Of a DNA stretch of 64,000 nucleotides, positions 1 through 8,873 are shown piece by piece. Numbering within the stretch: the first letter of the stretch is position 1; every line of letters begins with the position of its first letter. The notes under the pieces were generated by a model that saw nothing but the letters and a program-made list of their open reading frames with translations, searched no databases and was not told where the DNA came from. This DNA comes from a virus. Taxonomy: Duplodnaviria > Caudoviricetes. Made by a program: the position numbers and the translations under genes. Location: IMG/VR virus record IMGVR_UViG_2891407665_000023, positions 916-64,915 of that record; one strand, 5' to 3'.

Positions 1-264
1 TCATTTTATTCCAGCTTTATCCATCCATCACAACCGCGAAACTTGACTGTGAGAGAAGCTGCAAGAATTCAAACTTTTCCAGACAACTTTGTGTTTATGG
101 GGAAGAAAACCACATTGAGCAAGAAACTTTTAGCAAAAAAAGGAATTTATGAAGAACTGCATTTGGATCAATTTAATCAGGTAGGCAATGCTGTTCCGCC
201 ACTGATGGCACATCATCTGGCGGAGATATGTAAATACCTGTTAACGGAGGGGAAAAAGAAATGA
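1..264 (+). CDS. DNA (cytosine-5)-methyltransferase M1, 5'-truncated by window edge
   Basis: Frame open from base 1 (SFYSSFIHPSQPRNLTVREAARIQTFPD...NQVGNAVPP): C5-MTase motifs IX and X; ATGA overlap with next gene. Confidence 0.9.
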   Translation, partial: SFYSSFIHPSQPRNLTVREAARIQTFPDNFVFMGKKTTLSKKLLAKKGIYEELHLDQFNQVGNAVPPLMAHHLAEICKYLLTEGKKK

Positions 265-1415
265 CCTCATTGGATATTTTTTCAGGTGCCGGTGGAATGA
301 CGCTTGGGTTTAAACTTGCTGGCATAAAATCTATAGGAGCAATTGAAATTGATAGATTTGCTGCAGAAACATTTAAATTCAACTTTCCCGAAATTCCGCT
401 ATATGCCAGGGATGTTTACTCATTTTCAGACGAAGAGATACAGGACTTATTTTCTGGAGTTGATATTATTGCTGGCGGTCCCCCATGCCAAGGGTTCTCT
501 GTAGCAGGACCTACACAATATGGAATTATAGATAAGCGCAATACACTCATAATGGAGTTCTTTAGATTTATTAAAGTGCTCCGACCGAAATTCTGCGTGT
601 TAGAAAATGTAAAAGGCATTTTGAGTGGGAAAATGAATTCTTCTCAAAAAGCGATGAATGTTTATATAGAAGCCCTATCTAATATAGGATATATAAGCAA
701 AGTTTATGTGTTGCAGGCGGCTGACTTTGGCGTTCCGCAGTTTAGAGAAAGAGTTGTCGTTATTTCAGTGCAAAATGAAACATTACTTCCTGAGAATATC
801 GTTGGGGATTATATGGGAGAGGAAAACTGGATAAAGGTTGAGGAGGTTTTTGGTGACCTTCCCGAAATTCATGCGGGAGAAGGCGTCAATGAGTTTGTCC
901 CCTATCCATGCGAGCCTAAAAGCGCATATCAGGAATATTTGCGAATTGGCTCCAAAGGAGTGGCAAATCATGTAGCGATGAAACATACTCAGCGTTTGAT
1001 AGAGCGTTTTGCAAGTATCCCACAAGGGGGTAGCCTTTTGGATGCTCCGTCTGAACTTGGACAACGTCAAAGAAATGGCAATGAACTTGATGTAAAGAAA
1101 CGGTATAAAACAAATAATCAAAGGCTTCACCCTAATAGAGTGAGTTTTATTGTTACTGCTTCATTTCAATCAACTTTTGTCCATCCGTATTTAAACAGAA
1201 ACCTAACTGCTCGGGAAGGTGCAAGACTACAAAGTTTCCCAGATTATTTTGTTTTCTGTGGTCCTAGAACCCTTATGAGTAAATCTCTTCTCATAAGAGA
1301 AAACCGACTCGATGAGATTGGATTGTCACAATACAATCAGATTGGTAATGCGGTTCCGCCTCGAATGGCAGAGGGAATAGCAAAAGCCATAATGCGAAAG
1401 GAGGAGCAAGAGTGA
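261..1415 (+). CDS. DNA (cytosine-5)-methyltransferase M2
   Basis: Motifs FSGAGG (I), GGPPCQGFS (IV), ENVKG (VI), QFRERV (VIII), QIGNAVPP (X). Confidence 0.95.
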   Translation: MTSLDIFSGAGGMTLGFKLAGIKSIGAIEIDRFAAETFKFNFPEIPLYARDVYSFSDEEIQDLFSGVDIIAGGPPCQGFSVAGPTQYGIIDKRNTLIMEFFRFIKVLRPKFCVLENVKGILSGKMNSSQKAMNVYIEALSNIGYISKVYVLQAADFGVPQFRERVVVISVQNETLLPENIVGDYMGEENWIKVEEVFGDLPEIHAGEGVNEFVPYPCEPKSAYQEYLRIGSKGVANHVAMKHTQRLIERFASIPQGGSLLDAPSELGQRQRNGNELDVKKRYKTNNQRLHPNRVSFIVTASFQSTFVHPYLNRNLTAREGARLQSFPDYFVFCGPRTLMSKSLLIRENRLDEIGLSQYNQIGNAVPPRMAEGIAKAIMRKEEQE

Positions 1416-2284
1416 ATTACGATGAGATGATAACTACAGTCAACGACCTAAATATTACTCAAGGGTTACCAAGAGAAGCCGTTCCGCATGGGAACAATCT
1501 CGTCCATCAGTTTAGAAAGCGGCAAATTGATCGGATGGATATGTACGAAGAGATACTTGCACTGTATTTGGACATAAGGCAAATTCCATTTGAGGAAACA
1601 GATGTCGCTTCTTATATTGGATTGATAGTTGAGAGAGTAAATCAGTACATGGACTATTTTTGGCCTCCGGCAAATAATCCTTTCTCACATCAAGCTGATT
1701 TTACATCAAGTATTATTCCTGAAATGCTGTGTCTTATATTTAATCATGTTATTCAATCCACAGGGCTAAATTTGGAGGTATCAGCTCAGAAAGACCTTAC
1801 TATAGAGTGTATTTTTGATATAGTTGGTGGCGGTGAAATGCGATTCAAAAACAAACGAGTCGATGTAGCTGTAGTAGAACCTTGTAAACTTTCGTTGAAT
1901 GAACAGACGACAGAATTTCCTATTCCTTTGCTTGCAATAGAGTGCAAAACAAATCTGGATAAAAATATGTTGTCAGGTATAGAACACTCTGTTGCAGAGA
2001 TGAAAAAAACTTTTCCGAATTGCCAATATTTCGTAATTACCGAATGTTCTGATTTTAATGTCAAAAAGTCGAATTATGCCTCATCTGGAATTGATGAGAT
2101 ATACATACTCCGAAAACAAAAACGAGGAGTTATTAGAAGGGCTCCTGATTTGAGAAATCCAATAGATGTTTCACTAATTTGTGAGATAACCGAAGCCTTG
2201 ATTGATAACATCAACGCTGTTTGCTCTATTAATGACGATTTGTTGACACGTATGCAAAATGGAAAGTTGATAGGGAGGATTTGA
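1412..2284 (+). CDS. Bpu10I-family restriction endonuclease subunit 1
   Basis: VDVAV...LAIECKTNLDKNML PD-(D/E)xK signature typical of Bpu10I/BbvCI subunits; GTGA overlap with MTase. Confidence 0.75.
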   Translation: MNYDEMITTVNDLNITQGLPREAVPHGNNLVHQFRKRQIDRMDMYEEILALYLDIRQIPFEETDVASYIGLIVERVNQYMDYFWPPANNPFSHQADFTSSIIPEMLCLIFNHVIQSTGLNLEVSAQKDLTIECIFDIVGGGEMRFKNKRVDVAVVEPCKLSLNEQTTEFPIPLLAIECKTNLDKNMLSGIEHSVAEMKKTFPNCQYFVITECSDFNVKKSNYASSGIDEIYILRKQKRGVIRRAPDLRNPIDVSLICEITEALIDNINAVCSINDDLLTRMQNGKLIGRI

Positions 2285-3150
2285 ATATGGAGATTATCGA
2301 CAACAAACATATTCACGGGAAAAATTTACGAGATTATACGGGCAAGCAAAAAGGGAATAAGCGAAATATATTCAATGGATTGATGCAGGCATATGAGCAC
2401 TATCGTAATACCGTGGATGCCATTGATTCATTGGAGGAAGATGGAATTGATAGCTTCGTTGATGCGCTTAACGAATATAGAAAAATAGCAGTTCCAGTAT
2501 TTGACTCTCTGGATAATAATGGTCAGGTTGCACTGGGCTACACCATCATGGAGGAGTTTTTTTATCTTCTTTTTCAGAAGAAAGTTGATATGATGAATAT
2601 TGAACATGAGAACCTTTTTGTCGGAAAAGGAAATTCTTATGTAAGTCTAAGTTTTACACCGAGTTCATTTTCGGAATTGTTTAACAGACCGAATGCTTAT
2701 ATTCATACAAAAGATCAAGATTTTGTTTTAGGTGCAAATGTTGAGATACAGGTTACGGCTGATGGTGAGATAGGAACGACAACTACGGTTATTCCGGCAG
2801 TTGCAATCGAATGTAAAACATATCTGGAAAGAAATATGCTGGATGCTTGTGCAGCAACCGCAAGCAGACTAAAAGCAGCGATGCCTTATTGTATTTATAT
2901 TGTAGCTGCTGAGTATATGAAAATGTCTGATGCGGCTCCTGAATTGACTGACATTGACGAAGTATATATTCTTTGCAGGGCCAAAAACGCTGATCGAGAA
3001 AGACGAAAAAGAGAAAATTTAGCACCATTTGATATAAATACCGATTTAATCGTGGATTTGTATAATCGCGTTAGTAGGCACTTGAATGCAATATGGTGGC
3101 AGCCAGAAAATGCAGTTGAAAACGGAAAGATTATTAACAGGCCAAACTAA
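2281..3150 (+). CDS. Bpu10I-family restriction endonuclease subunit 2
   Basis: DQDFVLG...VAIECKTYLERNML; paralogous to the previous ORF (shared IDEV/IYIL segment). Confidence 0.75.
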   Translation: MNMEIIDNKHIHGKNLRDYTGKQKGNKRNIFNGLMQAYEHYRNTVDAIDSLEEDGIDSFVDALNEYRKIAVPVFDSLDNNGQVALGYTIMEEFFYLLFQKKVDMMNIEHENLFVGKGNSYVSLSFTPSSFSELFNRPNAYIHTKDQDFVLGANVEIQVTADGEIGTTTTVIPAVAIECKTYLERNMLDACAATASRLKAAMPYCIYIVAAEYMKMSDAAPELTDIDEVYILCRAKNADRERRKRENLAPFDINTDLIVDLYNRVSRHLNAIWWQPENAVENGKIINRPN

Positions 3151-3170
3151 TCTTTGAGGGAGGACAACAA

Positions 3171-5054
3171 ATGCCAGATACCCGCTCGTTTACCGAATAT
3201 GTTTCAAACATTTTCAGCAATCAGTTCTGGGCTGCGGCAGAAGAATATCTACAGCAAAATTGGGACTCAGATGATTATGATTTTTACAAACTGCATAGAC
3301 CCGGCGAACCGGAAATTGACGATGTGAAGGTGGAACATGTCTGGGTTTTCGACAGACCTGGCATGCGTATTCAGTTTGATGTGGCGGTGTCCTTGAACCT
3401 TATTATTCCAGAGGCAGACCATCATTACGATGATTACGAGGAGAAAACAATCTGGCTGATGCTCCGCTGTGAGGGCGACCTCGACAAGGAACTTGAAGAC
3501 ACGACCATCTTTGAGATTTCCGCTTATAACGGTAAGAACCGGGATAAAAAGCCATTAGATGATTCCCTTGTGCCGGTATTCGGCAATGAGCAGTTGGACG
3601 AGATTGCGGAGGATTTTCTCCGCCGACATTACAAAAAAGCGCTTTTAGAGCCTTGCTGGGTTGATCCTGTTGAACTTGCAAACACTATGAATCTGACAGT
3701 GAGGTACGAAAACATCACGAGAGATGGTTCGATTTTTGGCCGCAGTTTTTTCTATGATTGCGAAACAGAACTTTACGATGCGGAGTCTGACAACATGTAT
3801 AAGGTTATGATTCCTAAAAAAACAATTCTGGTAGATAGAAGAGCTGCATTTTTGATGGTGCTTGGTGCCGTTAATAATACGATTGTTCATGAATGCGTGC
3901 ATTGGGATAAGCATAAGAAAGCCTTTGCACTGGCAAGGCTATATGATAAGGAACTGTCGAATATCGGATGCCGTGTTGTCGGTGGTATCGCTGGAAACAA
4001 GAGAGATGCTGTTGAATGGATGGAATGGCAGGCTAATGCACTGGCTCCACGGATCCAGATGCCATTGGCCATGTTTAAAAAGAAGGCCGACCAACTTGTC
4101 AGCAAATACCGCAGAGAGATGAAAGCCTATGATATGATTGATATTATAGAGCCTATTATTGACGGATTGGTTCTTGCCTTTGGGGTATCAAGGCTTGCTG
4201 CGAAGATACGGATGTTGGATGCAGGGCATGATGAGGCTTCCGGAGCATTTATCTATGTTGATGATCATTATGTAAAACCCCATAAAGCACCAAAGGGATA
4301 CCTTGACAGCAATAAGACATTTTCTATTTCCGTTCGTGATGCCATTGTTGAATCTAAATTCAATCCAGAACTGGTAGCAATCCTGGCGGATAACGAATAT
4401 GTTTTTGTCGACTCTCATTTTGTCCTAAACACTTCGCTTTACCTGGAAACGGACGAATACGGGAATATGGCACTCACCCATTATGCCAGAAATCATATGG
4501 ATGAATGCTGTCTGGTATTTGAACTTAAAATCAAGACATCTGTAACGGAACATTACCATACGGAGTGTTTCCTTAATAGGGATAAGTCATCTGATATTAC
4601 GTTTGAGGCGCATTATTCTGAAAAGAATAAGACTGCGAAAAATCAAGTACAGATGATAAAGGAGTACAATGCCGATGTATTGTCAATTGCAAAAAAACTT
4701 CCTATGAATTTTTCAGGTTCGTTGGATGCGCTTATAGGATGGGCAGAAATGACTGAGGAAGAATTAGCTGAAGCTGCAGATATGAGTGAAAAAACGATTC
4801 AACGTTTACGGAACACAGAGCCGGATAATGTAACGATTGAAACGGTAATGCAGTTGTGTATTGGGATGAAGTTACCGCCGGTATTGAGTTCTTGTTTGTT
4901 AAAAGCATCTGGGAAGAGTTTCATGATGACAGAACAGCATATCATGTATCAGTTTTTGCTAAACTCTTGCTATCATATGTCGATTTACGATTGTAATGAA
5001 ATGTTAACGGCTCAAGGATTGAAACCTTTAGGACGTCAGAATAGGGTTTCATAA
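3171..5054 (+). CDS. ImmA/IrrE-family metalloprotease fused to C-terminal XRE HTH
   Basis: HExxH (TIVHECVHW), EWQANALAPRIQMP, C-terminal MTEEELAEAADMSEKTIQRLRN HTH. Confidence 0.85.
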   Translation: MPDTRSFTEYVSNIFSNQFWAAAEEYLQQNWDSDDYDFYKLHRPGEPEIDDVKVEHVWVFDRPGMRIQFDVAVSLNLIIPEADHHYDDYEEKTIWLMLRCEGDLDKELEDTTIFEISAYNGKNRDKKPLDDSLVPVFGNEQLDEIAEDFLRRHYKKALLEPCWVDPVELANTMNLTVRYENITRDGSIFGRSFFYDCETELYDAESDNMYKVMIPKKTILVDRRAAFLMVLGAVNNTIVHECVHWDKHKKAFALARLYDKELSNIGCRVVGGIAGNKRDAVEWMEWQANALAPRIQMPLAMFKKKADQLVSKYRREMKAYDMIDIIEPIIDGLVLAFGVSRLAAKIRMLDAGHDEASGAFIYVDDHYVKPHKAPKGYLDSNKTFSISVRDAIVESKFNPELVAILADNEYVFVDSHFVLNTSLYLETDEYGNMALTHYARNHMDECCLVFELKIKTSVTEHYHTECFLNRDKSSDITFEAHYSEKNKTAKNQVQMIKEYNADVLSIAKKLPMNFSGSLDALIGWAEMTEEELAEAADMSEKTIQRLRNTEPDNVTIETVMQLCIGMKLPPVLSSCLLKASGKSFMMTEQHIMYQFLLNSCYHMSIYDCNEMLTAQGLKPLGRQNRVS

Positions 5055-5080
5055 TATTTTTAAAATATTTTTTCTTGTAG

Positions 5081-5099
5081 CCGGACATCCCATGTCCGG
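5081..5099. promoter_or_regulatory. Palindromic operator-like site CCGGACAT-N3-ATGTCCGG
   Basis: Perfect 8-bp inverted repeat; core GGACAT-N3-ATGTCC repeated at 7015-7029. Confidence 0.6.
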
Positions 5100-5124
5100 T
5101 TATGTTTCTATAGAGAGGTGCGAG

Positions 5125-6894
5125 ATGGGAAAATTTGATGTTGATAAGAAATATACTGAAGGTTGTTCTGTTTCATGGCACTCTTTATATATGGATTTGG
5201 TTTATGAGTTCGAAAATTCACATCCTGGTAAATTCATTGATGAGGATACGATTAGGGATAAATTTACTAATAAGGATGGATCGGGATTGGTGGACAAATT
5301 GAAATCAGTGTTGGGTTTTGACATATGTGGTATTGCCGGAACTGATGTTGCAGAACGATTCGATATGTTCAAAATTCTAAAACTGTTGTATTACATTGAA
5401 AAGTATGGAGACCCCAAATCAAAGGCTGTTTCTGATGATTATAGGATTCAAATTACGGATATTTTGGCAAAACCTCGCCTTTCAAATATATCAAGTGAGT
5501 ATACTCCGCATAGTGTATATGGGGAATGTTTTGGAGAATTGTATTCGAATATTAGAAAGATGGCAAGTGATGCAGAAGAACGAGAACATCGATTGGAACA
5601 GATAAATGGATATTGGGAGTATATTACAGACAAGGTTTTTGATTATGTTATCAATGATAGATCCTTGGAGCAGCCGGAGGAAGCTCTTAAGGAATTAGAG
5701 AGAATAAATCGATTTTTGAGGGAAAAGGTGTTGGATAAACTTAAAAACCACGATGTTATTCATTTGTCTCAACCAGAAAAGGTTATGCCCGCCTTCTTTA
5801 ACCTTTTGGCGTGCCATAGGTTATTATGCAATGAGCATGATAGAATTCGTATTAACTATGAAATATGCCTTACTCCCTCTCCAGATGCTGAGTATGTTGA
5901 ACATTTCAAAAAATATGAAAAGTGCGAAGCAAAATGGGAATTTTTATCCTTAATCGGAGAGCGTTTACAAGATAAGAACAAGGATCCCGGTGCGGAACTT
6001 GTGTTATATTTTATAGCCTACGGTAAAAACATTGATGATGACGATATCAAACATTACTTGTATGCTGTAGATAAATCGAAAATTGTGGCCTCATGGATAG
6101 AAAAATATAAAGGCGCTGATTTTAGTAAGGGTATTCCTTTAGATATGCTTGTAATAATTATGCAGGAACTCATCGACAACAAAAAGAATGGTGATAAGAT
6201 TTCAAACGATTATTTTGGCTATAACAACAAATATCGTTCTTTAATGACAGCGGTAAAGAATCCTGAAAAAGCAGATGCGGTTGTGTTACAAGCGTGGATA
6301 AAAAAGTTAGAAAATCGCACAGCTATTAATTTTGGGGCATTTGATTTGATTCAGAAGAAACGTGAGATTGAAACAACAATCTATGGAATAAAGAGCATTA
6401 TCTATTCATACAGAAATCTGGATGACCTGGAATTTGTAAATTCAGCTATATGCCATTTTGCAGCCCGCACTATAATGAGTAGAGACTTAGCAATGAGTAT
6501 AGGTTATCGTTTTGCCGAAAAAGTGGTTTATAATTTAAAGGGCAAAGCAAAAAGAATGATAAATTTTCATATGTGGCCTGAAGGTGTCAATGTGTTAGAT
6601 ATGTTCCGAGAATTTCTTGTAGATAGAAGAGATATTGAGGATTGTATTGCAGAAGAGATTGCAAGACAGATTAATGAATTTTATGAAAAGGATGATGATG
6701 TTATCGGTAGAGGCATGAGAGTTGATTTTGAAGTGTATGTTAGCGAGAAATACTGCAGGGACTTTTTGTTAATATATTTCGTTGACAAAAGTACTGATAC
6801 ACTAACCTATCAACAGTTCTATGAAGTTTGTCCAGATGCCGATGCCGAAAGAATGAAATCCTTGGGATTGGAGCAATTTGTTAAAACGGAATAA
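5125..6894 (+). CDS. Hypothetical protein (~589 aa, AT-rich)
   Basis: Long ORF; GAGGTG RBS before ATG 5125; no motif recognised. Confidence 0.85.
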   Translation: MGKFDVDKKYTEGCSVSWHSLYMDLVYEFENSHPGKFIDEDTIRDKFTNKDGSGLVDKLKSVLGFDICGIAGTDVAERFDMFKILKLLYYIEKYGDPKSKAVSDDYRIQITDILAKPRLSNISSEYTPHSVYGECFGELYSNIRKMASDAEEREHRLEQINGYWEYITDKVFDYVINDRSLEQPEEALKELERINRFLREKVLDKLKNHDVIHLSQPEKVMPAFFNLLACHRLLCNEHDRIRINYEICLTPSPDAEYVEHFKKYEKCEAKWEFLSLIGERLQDKNKDPGAELVLYFIAYGKNIDDDDIKHYLYAVDKSKIVASWIEKYKGADFSKGIPLDMLVIIMQELIDNKKNGDKISNDYFGYNNKYRSLMTAVKNPEKADAVVLQAWIKKLENRTAINFGAFDLIQKKREIETTIYGIKSIIYSYRNLDDLEFVNSAICHFAARTIMSRDLAMSIGYRFAEKVVYNLKGKAKRMINFHMWPEGVNVLDMFREFLVDRRDIEDCIAEEIARQINEFYEKDDDVIGRGMRVDFEVYVSEKYCRDFLLIYFVDKSTDTLTYQQFYEVCPDADAERMKSLGLEQFVKTE

Positions 6895-6947
6895 AGTTTT
6901 TAAGACGGGTTACTCAATGTAAGGGCAACCTCTAATAAACTAAAATA

Positions 6948-6993
6948 GAGTCATGAACGGCGGAAAAATCCGTTGTTCGTGGCTCTTTTTTTT
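6948..6993 (+). terminator. Intrinsic terminator
   Basis: GAGTCATGAACGGCGGA-AAAA-TCCGTTGTTCGTGGCTC stem followed by T8. Confidence 0.85.
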
Positions 6994-7014
6994 GTTGTTG
7001 TGAAGCTGAAAGCA

Positions 7015-7029
7015 GGACATCACATGTCC
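7015..7029. promoter_or_regulatory. Second GGACAT-N3-ATGTCC operator-like palindrome
   Basis: Same core as 5083-5097; upstream of a TACAAT -10-like hexamer at 7053-7058. Confidence 0.6.
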
Positions 7030-7103
7030 GAGTGATTTGAAATCAATTCAGCTACAATAAAATCACGAACAACAGAGGCTGTTCAAATAAAATTAATCTC
7101 AAT

Positions 7104-7301
7104 TGTCCGAGATGGCCATCAGGACGATGGGATGCATAGAGAGTTCAGGCAGCGGTGATAAAGACCGCTCCGGAAACGAAGATGCACCCACCGTTAGATT
7201 TCTGCGTCCATTTTCGGATTTTCAGGAGTCTGTGGACATCTTCACCACAGGCTCTTTCTGCGTTCCATCGTTCGTGGTCGAGGACGGAAAGGAACGCAGA
7301 C
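7104..7301 (+). ncRNA. Candidate structured leader / cis-regulatory RNA
   Basis: Several stems (7123-7137 with 7181-7195; 7151-7155 with 7164-7169; 7226-7235 with 7245-7254; 7257-7266 with 7291-7300, which covers the RBS). Confidence 0.5.
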
Positions 7302-7829
7302 ATGAAACTGAAGATTCGTTATGAGAACGAGTACCAGACAATTACGCTGGACGCAGAAACAACGGAGGAACTGTGGGTATCCCTCTCACTTGAAGGCGAG
7401 GGATTATCGCAGGATGAGCGAGAAAAGCTGATCCAGGAGGAATGGGAGAAGCAGTTCAATCGTCCTGATTATAACTGCTGGCATAAATTTTGGCGGCATC
7501 ACGGAGAGTCCAAGACGAAGCCGGGCGATGAAGAGGATGAGGTTGATACCTCCGAGCCGCTGATGGATGAAGTGGCGGATGATTGTATTTTCAGAAAGGA
7601 CGAGCTTGGTCGTGAAGAACGTGAAAGCTACGAGGCAGTCTGTCAGTTTGTCAGAGAAGCCTGTGGCAAGAAGGCTGACTGGGCAGAGATGTTCATTGCC
7701 ATCCGTATCGAGGGTGTAAGCATTAACGATTATGCCCACCAGATTGGAGCCGATTCGAGCAACATCAGTCACAAGTTAGAACGTGCGGCAAAGAAAATCA
7801 AAAAGTTTATGCAGAACCGTCAGATTTAA
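7302..7829 (+). CDS. Phage sigma70 region-4-like HTH protein (putative early activator)
   Basis: GGAAAGGA RBS before ATG 7302; C-terminal SINDYAHQIGADSSNISHKLERAAKKIKK HTH; no clear sigma region 2. Confidence 0.7.
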   Translation: MKLKIRYENEYQTITLDAETTEELWVSLSLEGEGLSQDEREKLIQEEWEKQFNRPDYNCWHKFWRHHGESKTKPGDEEDEVDTSEPLMDEVADDCIFRKDELGREERESYEAVCQFVREACGKKADWAEMFIAIRIEGVSINDYAHQIGADSSNISHKLERAAKKIKKFMQNRQI

Positions 7830-7856
7830 ATGTCTGCCGGGGCTACCTCTTAGAGG
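7815..7856 (+). promoter_or_regulatory. Bipartite motif copy 1 (AACCGTCAGATT-N14-GGCTACC-N3-TAGAGG)
   Basis: Same motif and spacing at 37748 and 42284. Confidence 0.7.
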
Positions 7857-7894
7857 CTCAACCTCGGCAAATTTTTTATAAGGAGGCAGTTGAT

Positions 7895-8257
7895 ATGTCA
7901 AATAAACCGAAAAACCGGACATACAGACCGCTTGTCTATATCTGCAGCCCGCTGTCTGGTGATATACCCAGCAATACGGAGAGAGCAAGACAGTTTTGTA
8001 AATTCGCCCTGGAAAAAGGGCAGATCCCGCTGGCACCGCACCTTATGTTTCCGCTTTTCATGAATGACGATGATCCAGCCGAGCGTGAGCTTGCAATGTT
8101 CATGGACGTGATCCTTCTTGGGAAATGCGACGAACTTTGGGTGTTTGGAGACCGTATTTCAGAAGGTATGGCTGTTGAGATAGAAATTGCAAAGAAGCGC
8201 AGACAGCCGATCCGTTATTTTAGCAGCAACTTGGAGGAGGTGTCCGAGCATGAGTGA
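7895..8257 (+). CDS. DUF4406-like / nucleoside deoxyribosyltransferase-like phage protein
   Basis: VYICSPLSGD...PLAPHL...CDELWVFG...SEGMAVEI. Confidence 0.75.
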   Translation: MSNKPKNRTYRPLVYICSPLSGDIPSNTERARQFCKFALEKGQIPLAPHLMFPLFMNDDDPAERELAMFMDVILLGKCDELWVFGDRISEGMAVEIEIAKKRRQPIRYFSSNLEEVSEHE

Positions 8258-8873
8258 GATTAAAGCAATCCAAACGGAATATAAAGGATACCTCTTTCGA
8301 TCCAGACTGGAAGCAAGATGGGCTGTGTTCTTTGATGCGTGTGGTGTGGACTGGGAGTATGAGCCTGAAGGTTACGACTTGGGTAATGGACTTTACTATC
8401 TGCCGGATTTTCTGCTTCACGGCGTAACTGTAAATCATGGGTATTTTGAAAAGAACTGCGATATCTACGTTGAAGTTAAGGGTCAGATGAACGATGTCGA
8501 TGGGGAAAAGATAAACCGTTTCTATGCAGCAGGATATCCGGAGAATAACGGATGGGGTGTTTCGCAGACAGCGGTTTTGGTAGTTGGAAATATTCCCGCT
8601 GGTGATAGTATGGACGAGATATTGGACTGCCTGCAGACCGCAGCCTATCGTGACCATCATAACTGGCCAAACTTTTATAACTTCGAGACGGTCGATGGCG
8701 ATTATTTTGGGGCATATCCCGGTGTAGACAAACATGGTGTTTTTAATCTGTTCGGCGATGACTGCAACTATCTTTGGAGTATGAACGCGGCAGCAACGGA
8801 ACATGCCTATCGCTTAGCAAGGCAGGCAAGGTTTGAACATGGTGAGACTCCCAAGGTAAGGAGGTTCAGATAA
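8250..8873 (+). CDS. Putative PD-(D/E)xK nuclease
   Basis: FRSRLEARWAVFFD...YEPEG...YLPDF...YVEVKG; GGAGG RBS before ATG 8250. Confidence 0.65.
   Translation: MSEIKAIQTEYKGYLFRSRLEARWAVFFDACGVDWEYEPEGYDLGNGLYYLPDFLLHGVTVNHGYFEKNCDIYVEVKGQMNDVDGEKINRFYAAGYPENNGWGVSQTAVLVVGNIPAGDSMDEILDCLQTAAYRDHHNWPNFYNFETVDGDYFGAYPGVDKHGVFNLFGDDCNYLWSMNAAATEHAYRLARQARFEHGETPKVRRFR

Noticed and set aside
5034-5042. CGTCAGAAT as a fourth copy of the bipartite motif
   Set aside because: Partial match only, with no GGCTACC at the required spacing
7104-7301. Leader as a retron msr-msd or DGR element
   Set aside because: No reverse transcriptase (no YADD/YxDD-type RT ORF) and no template/variable repeat pair seen in the window
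7103-7324. 73-aa ORF and the upstream extension of the sigma-like ORF (7155 start)
   Set aside because: They overlap the structured leader; the only convincing RBS is before ATG 7302
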